DNA from: Octopus sinensis
Lineage: Eukaryota
Length of the DNA: 18,011 nucleotides
Direction: 5' to 3'
NCBI RefSeq assembly: GCF_006345805.1
Contig: NW_021824606.1
Location: forward strand, 1-18,011
Shown: positions 9,726 through 18,011 of the stretch, one piece after another
Numbering within the stretch: the first letter of the stretch is position 1
How the letters are laid out: the number at the start of each line of letters is the position of its first letter
Position numbers and translations under genes: made by a program
The notes under the pieces: generated by a model
Told to the model about the DNA's origin: nothing
The model's input: only the letters and a program-made list of their open reading frames with translations
Database searches by the model: none

Positions 9726-11984
9726 ACATGTAATAGAAATATAATCATTGATTTGTGACTGTAAATTTTGCGAGAACTTGCAAAGTGTGAGCTTACCATG
9801 TGTTCGCATCCTACGTTCGCCTATCGTCTGCTGGTTCAATGAATGAATCTGAATTATTCACCTCAATGCGGCTACTATTAAAATATATACTTATGTCTGT
9901 GTATATCATAGAATATATCATTTTCTGTGTGCTTATTACGAAAATGAAGTATGGGAAGGAGTTTAGTGGGAGACAATGCGATTTATCTAAAAAATAAAAG
10001 ATGAATAATGATTTACGTGTCAACATGCAATGCAAATTCCTGATGTATTGAAATTATCGTCGCATTTCAGAGAGGTTACACCAATGGTTCTGTGACAATT
10101 GGTTTCTGACTGCAAATAAGAACGAGTGATAATATCTGTCATGAATGAATTTACAGTCTGAAGATAAAGGGACAGAAAGTGGCCTAGCGCGTATTTCTGT
10201 CTCAATAAACGCCATTAGAAAGTTCGTTCTTTTTTGGAGGTAGTGATTGGTAAAAAACATCGTACTCAGGGCAAGATTTTAGGGTAGTGATTATGTTATG
10301 CTGGATATTTTAGAGTGACATATGGCGTACCGAGGGGTTTTCAGACCTAATGAAGCCTTCACTTTCCCAGAAAAAGAGGAGAGAGTTTTGGAGACAAAAC
10401 GATGGAGAGACAAGTAGCAAGAGACAAACAGATGGAATGGGTGAGAGCGAAATACAAGAGAGTTTAAGTATATTGGACTTGGGCGGTGAAAGAGTTTCCT
10501 CTGTCTAAACTTTATCGCTCCATCCCGTGGGACGTTTGCAGAATTTGGGTAAACTTTTTCAAGGTGTAATATTTATCTAAAAGAAAATTATGAGAAACAG
10601 AATAAAAAATATGCAAGCAAACAAATAAACATTCCTTTGCACTCCACAGGAAAATGACTGTTTCATGAACGGTAGCTAAAGATGATAATGATCGTAAAAA
10701 TGGCAGCATAAGCAATGATTCCGGCGGAAAGTAATTTTTCGATTTCGTCTGCTCTTAAAAGAAAGCACAAGCATGTTGTGTAATTTATTTCCTTGCCTGA
10801 AACTTTTGCTGAAGAACGAGCATGTAAGAACGGACATGAAACAGCTTAAGAACTTGTTGAAGACTTTTCAGAGCGTCCTGAAAGGAACAATGGAAAGACT
10901 TCTTTGCTGTATGCGGGTGTTTGGGGATTTGCATTGATTGAGGGGTTCCAATGTTAGTACAAATCAGGATATCGAGAAGGGAGACGAAGCGAAGTGAAAG
11001 ACCAGGATAATATTCGATATAATTTGTATCTATGATATGCTGTGCATGGCAATAATTGCTTCGATCATCCGTTTAAACTGTAGCATCAGACGAGTGTTGT
11101 ATATCCTTTTCGGGTACAGATCAATATGCGACGCGGGTTGCAGTTCAAAGAAAAAATTGCAGCTTTCATGGGAAAACTTTCTGTACTGGAGAGCTGAGAA
11201 AAATAGGGCAAGGAATGAGAAAGGGAGCGGGGCAAATAGAGAGAGGAGGGAGAGGAAGATGGGGAGGGTAGGAAGAGAGAGAACAGCGAATTTAATTAAT
11301 TAATTAAATAATCAGAAGCATCCGAATCTTCACCAAATGTAGAATACACGAATTCCAGTTTTTCAGGAAGCTTTCAGTTCTGGTTCCGAAAAGGATCGTC
11401 AACTTCATTTTATCATTGATGCTAGGAATAGAGGACAAAAAACAGAGAGAGAGAGAGAGAGAACTTTTCTAATATCCCACCATTTTCTTGCAATGATGAG
11501 GAACAAATGCTAGGTGGAGTGGAATTGCAAGAGAAGTACGTGGGCGTGGGAAAACGACTACAGCACAATGTGTGGAATATTAATCGCGGAGGATCGACGT
11601 GTATTCGCATCGTAGCCATGCCTGGATGGATTCCCCAGTTCGCGTTCCAGTTTTATATTTTAATCATGAATTGTTTTTAATTTGTGTGTAATTTGATATC
11701 AACATATAATTATATTCATGTTATAAATCATATCTACGATTTTGCAATACCCATGTGTAAGGTTTCTTATTTGTATGTGAGTACTCTTGTGGCCAATAAA
11801 GAAATCGTAATTACGCTATTTGCTTGCTAATTAATTAATAAGTATTTATTGCATCTTGACGATTGCTGATTACAAGTCTCCTCAAATGTCAAGAATCTTT
11901 CTTTGGATTCTTCAAAAATATGTGATGATACTTTTCTACCTTTTCGACATTTTTTCATTTACTCTGGAACCGACCTCAATTAAT

Positions 11985-12029
11985 CCCCCTCCTCCTCCTC
12001 CTCATTATTATTATTATTATTATTATTAT
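11985..12029. repeat. (CCT)n followed by (ATT)8
   Basis: Read directly. Confidence 0.95.
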
Positions 12030-12354
12030 GGCTCAGTGGTTAGAGCGTCGAGCTTACGATCGTGAGGTTGTGAGCTCGAATCCCGGACCGGGCTGCGTGT
12101 TGTGTTCTTGAGCAAGGCACTTTATTTCACGTTGCTCCAGTTCACTCAGCTGTAGAAATGAGTTGCGACGTCACTGGTGCCAAGCTGTGTCGACCTTTGT
12201 CTTTCCCTTGGATAACACTGGTGGCGTGGAGAGGGGAGGCTGGTATGCATGGGCGACTGCTGGTCTTCCATAAACAACCTTGCCCGGACTTGTGTCTAGG
12301 AGGGTAACATTCTAGGTGCAATCCCATGGTCATTCATGACCGAAGGGGGTCTTT
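12029..12354 (+). mobile_element. tRNA-derived SINE family C, flanked on both sides by (ATT)n
   Basis: A box TGGCTCAGTGG (12029-12039) with intact D-arm GCTC-AGTGGTTA-GAGC; B-box variant AGCTCGAATCC (12073-12083); central ttcttgagcaaggcactttatttc...cactcagctgtagaaatgag (CORE/Deu-like motif); ends at ...gaagggggtctttt. Confidence 0.88.
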
Positions 12355-12375
12355 TATTATTATTATTATTATTAT

Positions 12376-13393
12376 GATTGAGTGAGAGAGCAGTGCATCC
12401 CATCAAAATGACACTGGGGTACAAATATACGAAGCCCACTATACGCATCGTTACTAACTCTCTGATAAGGGTACACCAGGCACATGCATCACAACCATTT
12501 GTGCGCGACATGGTGATCTCATATCAAGATAAACAGCACATGACCTTGCAGGTGGGGCCCAGTTAGAGTTTTCTTCTGGTCTAGTAACCTATCCCGCTCA
12601 AAAGGTCCCTGAATAAGGGTTGTTGAACGAACCACCCATGTTTCCAAAGGTGAATTATTCAAACCCCAAAGAATCCCTCTCAACACATGGCTATGATGCT
12701 CCCCCACTAATTCTGCTCGTGATCAGAGATGCACATATCGTCAGCCACTAAGGGACATGCTCAACTGGTTAAGGTCAAACAACTGACAAGCAAATCTGTG
12801 GTATGGAGCAGAATATTTGCTGTAGCCCATCTTTTATACCAAGACAAAACAATGTACATGATAACACTTCCAATCAGTTAAGATCAGAAGCCATGAGAGC
12901 CACTGCCTGGTACTGCATCAGGGCATTGATGCCACCCCACTACTTCTGCTCGTGATCAGAGATGCACATATCGTCAGCCACTAAGGGACATGCTCAACTG
13001 GTTAAGGTCACACAACTGACAAGCAAATCTGTGGTATTGAGCAGAATATTTGCTGTAGTCCATAATTTATCCCAAGACAAAACAATGTACATGATAACAC
13101 TTCTTATCAGTTAAGATCAGAAGCCACCAGAGCCACTGCCTGGTACTGCATCAGGGCATTGATGCTCCCCCACTACTTCTGCTCGTGATCAGAGATGCAC
13201 ATATCGTCAGCCACTAAGGGACATGCTCAACTGGTTAAATTCAAACAACTGACAAGCAAATCTGTGGTATTGAGCAGAATATTTGCTGTAGCCCATCTTT
13301 TATACCAAGACAAAACAATGTACATGATAACACTTCCAATCAGTTAAGATCAGAAGCCATGAGAGCCACTGCCTGGTACTGCATCAGGGCATT
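12376..13393 (-). mobile_element. Non-coding interspersed element with an (AAT)n-like 3' tail, inserted in an (ATT)n tract; probable non-autonomous or truncated non-LTR retroelement
   Basis: Complex sequence bounded by (TAT)n at 12355-12375 and (ATT)n from 13391. Minus strand runs aatgccctgatgcagtacc...ctctctcactcaat-(aat)n. Resembles an abundant octopus repeat from recall. The orientation and a Dong/R4-clade link are inferred. Confidence 0.65.
12695..13393. repeat. Three tandem 233-bp units (12695-12927, 12928-13160, 13161-13393)
   Basis: Each unit runs gatgc(tc/ca)ccccac...tactgcatcagggcatt. Manual comparison: U1 vs U3 4 differences, U2 vs U1 13, U2 vs U3 13, no indels. Confidence 0.97.
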
Positions 13394-13525
13394 ATTATTA
13401 TTGTTATTATTATTATTATATTATTATTATATTATTATTATTATTATATTATTATTATTATTGTATTATTTGTTATTATCATTATTATTATTATCATTAT
13501 TATTATTATCATTATTATTATCATT

Positions 13526-13556
<31 letters not shown>

Positions 13557-13625
13557 TATTGTTATTATTATCATTATTATATTATTATTATTATTATCAT
13601 TATTATTATTATTATTATTATCATC

Positions 13626-13664
<39 letters not shown>

Positions 13665-13735
13665 GTTGTTATTATTATTATATCTATTGCTATTATTATT
13701 ATTATTATTATTATTATTATCATTATTGGTGTTGT
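13391..13735. repeat. ~345-bp imperfect (ATT)n with ATC/GTT variants
   Basis: Read directly. Source of the poly-L/Y/I ORFs at 13359-13971. Confidence 0.97.
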
Positions 13736-13863
13736 TGTTTTTGTTGCTGTGTTTATTGTTGATCGCAATACGTCCCTTTACGCTTTTATTCTCATTCTGT
13801 TCATGTTTCTCTCGATTGCATGATACGTTTCAATACACGATTTCTATTTCAACCGTCTTAGCT

Positions 13864-14411
13864 CTATATACACTCACACATACATGTGTACATAGAACCA
13901 CATATATATACGCACATTGGTATTCATATAAACATATATATACGTACATGTACATAAGCATATATTTGTAATTGTATAAGTGTATATGTATATACATGCA
14001 TATGGTATGGATAAATATACGCATATATATATGCGTGTATATATATATACACATACACATACATATATGTATGTATATACGTATGGATATATGTATATAT
14101 ATATATATATGTCTCTATAACATATGTATATATAATATTTATACATGTATATATATATACGTATTAATGTGTATATCTATGTGTGTATACATATCTATAT
14201 ATAATATTTATACATGTATATATACATATATGTATATATGCGTATATCTATGTGTATATACATATGTATATATAATATTTATAGAAGTTTATATATATAT
14301 ATATGTATGTGTGTGCGTATATATATCTATATATATGTGTGTGTATATCTATGCATAATATAGAAATGCATGTATATATATATGTAGATGTTTATATATA
14401 TATATGCAGGT

Positions 14412-14450
<39 letters not shown>

Positions 14451-14470
14451 CGTACTAATATATTTATATA
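13864..14470. repeat. ~600-bp degenerate (TA)/(CA)/(TG) tract
   Basis: Read directly. Confidence 0.95.
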
Positions 14471-15169
14471 TAGACAAAGACAGGCAGACACTGACAGAGG
14501 CATGAAATATCGGGGTATGTGTGTGTTTGTATATTTGCTTTTGTTCTTCTTTGCGTTTATAACAGTATTTATTATTTTAACACTGTTTTCTTTTCTGTTT
14601 TAATTTTTTACTATCACTTTACGCAGTTTCGATTCTTTTTTTTTCTCCCCCAACGAAAGTCGTGTAATACAATCACGCATTATTACTGCGAAAAATGACA
14701 AAAATAGAAAAATAATTCTTTGTTCTTTGATATTTTCGAGAAATATCTTGCGAGAAAAATTACTTTTTAACCGATTACCAATTCCTGATTTCACAGACTT
14801 TCGATTCCATGTTTTTTTTCTTTTTTATATAATTTCTTGTTTTTTTTTGTCTGTTCTTGTTGTTGTTCTTATTCTGCGATGATGATATTTTCGTTATATG
14901 CCTTTGTGTATATGTGTTTATATATGAGTATGTATGTATGTATATGTGTGAATGCATCAGCATATATAAACATGTGTATAGTTTATTGTTGCTGGTTTTA
15001 TCCCCCAGGTTAGATCTGATCCAACAGATTACTCATCAAAATTGAACCCAGACGTGGCCATATCAACATTCGCGAACAACAGACTCTACATTATCCAACG
15101 AATTTGATTTTAGTGAAGAGAACGGAGAGCGTTAGTGTGGAGGCATTAGCTAGTATTTTAACCGCGTAA

Positions 15170-16430
15170 AGGGACTTAACGGAACCACCCAGGTCGGTTC
15201 CGAACAACAGTGGTCATATAAATCGTAGCTGCATAGAATTATGGTGGGTCTGCAGATGGGAATAGCGTCAGATGTCTACTGGCAAATTCATCATCAGAAG
15301 ATGGATCCCAAAAAAAGGTTATTGGAAGTACAACGCTCGTATACCGTTACGTGAAAGATGGCTGTATCTGGACTAGCAAATTAAACGACATTTTATGGGG
15401 AAATAATCGGGAAGTGGTGATAGGGTGCCCTGAAGTGAGTTACTTGGATAGAATTTATAGTATTTTGTAGGGATGGTGATAAAGCGAAAGAGATTTCGGA
15501 CGTGTCTAGTTTGTATTGTAGAAAACTGGATTCCGAAAAGCACTGCGATGGATACTCAAGCAACGAATATGTTCCTCGAAAATTGCAACATAAAACACAA
15601 TTGCTATTTCGTCAGAGCTATGGCGCATACACTAAATCCCGTGGAGAAAATGCTCCTTTATATGGCGATGTAGCGAAGGCACGGCGTGACAGCAGAATTA
15701 TAATCTGATCATTGGAGAGCTGCACGGGTAGGTGTGTGCGGTCTGCCAGCAATGCATTGCTAGAATGTTCGAAGTGGGTGGTGTCTGGAAACGGGAGCTG
15801 ATGACAGAGCTCACCTCGCCGGCCTGTCACTATTCTCAACAGTTATGACAAGGTGCTGCGAAAATCCGATAACCGTTGTCAGAATAAAAGGAGCCATTGA
15901 GCGTTTGCACGAGGAGAAAATTGCTCGTTTCTCTAACCTGTATTCCTAGGTTTGACAGATATCTGCCGTAGAAGTCAGCACAGAAGATCAGGGAAATTGT
16001 CGGTGCTGTGAGATAGGAAGAGATCATTCAGGTAAGAAAGGTCGAATACACCTTATATGAGTTAGGTTCGGAAAACCGCTGAAGATTTCGGCCCTGTTGT
16101 TGCGAAAATGTGGGCACTTTTAGTCGTTGGTTTGGTTGGGAAGTTCAAAAGTTCGCGAGCCCAAATCGGTGAATCGATAACATTCACCATCTCACGGAAT
16201 CATCGAGAATGCTTCTGCTAAGATTCATAATCGTACTTTGGAAGACTTTCTGATGCGGCCATATTTGAATTCATTTTTAGATGAAAAGGCAAAAAGGCAA
16301 GTGGGATAATCCAGGATTAAGTGGTAACTGCCTTACTAATCGATATTAATCGGGCGGTTATCCATTTCGGTTAGCCATTCACCAGTGTTGAATAATGGGA
16401 CGCTACTGGTCTGCTTACCACGACTCATCC
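15170..16430 (+). pseudogene. Highly decayed L1/Tx1-type LINE ORF2 fragment (endonuclease C-terminus, linker and RT up to the YADD region)
   Basis: Manual translation across frameshifts gives collinear motif remnants: NHPG, S*LHRIMV (SYLDRVLV-like), GYWKYN, IKRHFMG/EIIGKW**GALK, NIKHNCYFVRA, HLAGLSLFS...CCENPIT (YLAGLPRLS...CCEGPIT-like), IPRFDRYLP (SPGLDGLP-like), LKISALLLRK (LKILAKVLAKRL-like), QKFASPNR*IDNIHHL (QTCAIPGRTIQDNLHL-like), TALLIDINRAVIHFG*PF, and GRYWSAYHDS (16416-16427 = decayed YADD). Reference motifs are recalled, not searched; boundaries are approximate. Confidence 0.75.
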
Positions 16431-16494
16431 TAACATGAAAATTGAATGATTGCCAGAGGGAAAAATGGCGAAATAGAGAAAGATAGACGAACAG

Positions 16495-16548
16495 AATGAG
16501 AGAGAGAGAGAGAAGGTGAAATCAAAGAAGATAGGGAGAGAAAAAAGA

Positions 16549-16612
<64 letters not shown>

Positions 16613-16650
16613 GTATATGTATATGAGAGAGGGACAGAGCGCGAGAGAGA
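16495..16650. repeat. (GA)n, (AC)24 at 16553-16600, and (AT)n compound microsatellite
   Basis: Read directly. Confidence 0.95.
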
Positions 16651-17254
16651 AAGAAGGTGTGAGAGAGATGAATTGAGTTCAGTATTTCACTGTTATTTTA
16701 TTTAACTTCAACTACAGGTGGAAAAAAAGTAATAATTCAACATCTGTGCCATTCGAATGTAGGAAACAAGTAACTGGAACTAAACATGGCAAGCAAATAC
16801 TTTACAGACGCATTAATGACATCGAAATATCCAGAGACAACACAGTTGACTGATTAATAAATACGAATTCAAAACGATAGACGTCAATATTGTATTAACT
16901 CCACGCAATATATTCCTCGTCTTCAAATGTTTAAAGGCAGAATAAAATCTCATAAATTTTGCACGGATTCTAAATGACTCACGACAAAACAGTACGCAAT
17001 AAGAAGCATTCATATTTATTGCACATCTCGCTGTTGTATCATTTTAGTCGCTTTTATCGCACGTCGTATAACATTATCAAATAGAGATATTTTGGTTGCT
17101 TGCAATAACAAGAAGAACATTGTTTATTGTTCATCTTGTTTTTGTTTTATGTTTTTTTTCTTTAATATTCATTTTCATATTTTTTGGGGGTTTTTTGTTT
17201 GTCTGTTAAATTTTTCTTTGTCTATTATAAACAACAAGCGCTATAAGCACTACA

Positions 17255-17338
17255 CACATACACAACACACACACGCATGGGCATATACGTATGTATACGC
17301 ATATACACATATATTTATATATATATTTACGTAAGCAT

Positions 17339-17370
<32 letters not shown>

Positions 17371-17443
17371 CTCTCTCTATATATTATATAATATATATTA
17401 TACATATATATATATATATATAAATATTATATATATATTATAT

Positions 17444-17480
<37 letters not shown>

Positions 17481-17655
17481 CAGATAGGTAGATAGGTTGG
17501 TATGAGCGTGTGGTTGTGTGTATGTGGAATTGTGCTTGGGACTATATACGTGTATGTGAACATACATACATATATATATATATTATATATATATATATAC
17601 ATATATATACACGTATATACATATTATATACACACACATACATACATATGGTATG

Positions 17656-17686
<31 letters not shown>

Positions 17687-17750
17687 ATATAATATATATA
17701 TATATATATGAATATAATTTATATGGATGTATATATATACATATATAGAC
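17255..17750. repeat. Compound (CA)/(CT)n-(CTAT)n-(TA)n-(ATAG)n and degenerate TA tract
   Basis: Read directly. Confidence 0.93.
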
Positions 17751-18011
17751 AATCGATTATTTTTTTCCTGTTGGAGTATATGACTATATATTCTTCAGAT
17801 TCTTCATTTTCTCCATCCAGTCCCACATATTTATAAGTACAACGGAGAAAGATGATAGGAAGGAAGGAAGGAAGGCTGAAAGCGGGAAGGTGGGGCGGGG
17901 AATGTGATTGTTTCATTCCCCCCCCCCTCCTCTCTCCTCTTTCGCTTTGTCTACTTTTTTTTCCTCCCTCTTTCGAATTTTTGATAATTCCGACTTTTCG
18001 AAAAAATAATT

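Noticed and set aside
9791-9850. Minus-strand donor ATG|GTAAGC with a possible ~52-nt exon
   Set aside because: No convincing acceptor and no recognisable peptide.
10050-10130. RRISERLHQWFCDNWFLTANKNE resembling a CR1/L2 RT segment
   Set aside because: Short, bounded by stops, and no neighbouring RT motifs found.
10720-10940. ~74-codon open frame on + (…MKQLKNLLKTFQSVLKGTMERLLCCMRVF…)
   Set aside because: No homology recognised and no clear splice sites. This length can arise by chance.
11291-11308. Palindrome tttaattaattaattaaa as a homeodomain cluster
   Set aside because: Indistinguishable from a short (TAAT)n microsatellite.
12029-12095. Functional tRNA gene
   Set aside because: The D-arm is intact, but the anticodon and T stems do not pair, the acceptor stem is missing, and the sequence continues into a SINE body.
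12695-13393. 233-bp direct repeats as a CRISPR array or LTR pair
   Set aside because: Units are contiguous with no unique spacers and are far too long for CRISPR repeats. There are no TG...CA termini, PBS/PPT or internal region for an LTR element.
14990-15110. Acceptor-like ttttatcccccAG|G at 15008
   Set aside because: All three frames stop within ~33 codons, there is no nearby donor, and the sequence runs into the LINE fossil.
1056-17916. The many H/T/Y/I/C/V-, poly-L/I/Y- and S/L-rich ORFs in the six-frame track
   Set aside because: They are translations of (TA)/(CA)/(GATA)/(ATT) repeats or run through SINEs, with no domain-like content.

Overview
AT-rich, microsatellite-dense eukaryotic non-coding DNA (intron or intergenic). 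The repeat families resemble, from recall and not from a database search, those of Octopus (coleoid cephalopod). No intact host gene, RNA gene, CRISPR array or prokaryotic system is supported, and almost all ORFs in the track are translations of simple repeats. What can be supported: (i) three copies of one tRNA-derived SINE family (~240-575 +, 2178-2590 -, 2614-2787 +) and single copies of two other tRNA-headed SINE families (7340-7539 -, 12029-12354 +); (ii) a ~230-bp fold-back MITE-like palindrome (719-947) with an ATGCAAAT octamer in its loop; (iii) the 3' end of a mariner transposon (7001-7296); (iv) a ~1-kb element embedded in an (ATT)n tract whose terminal 233 bp is tandemly triplicated (12695-13393), with the middle copy the most diverged; (v) a heavily decayed L1/Tx1-type LINE ORF2 (endonuclease end to RT YADD region, ~15170-16430 +) that the ORF track misses. 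The most interesting structure is the (ATT)n 'landing pad' at 11985-13735 and its triplicated monomer. All functional readings are hypotheses.
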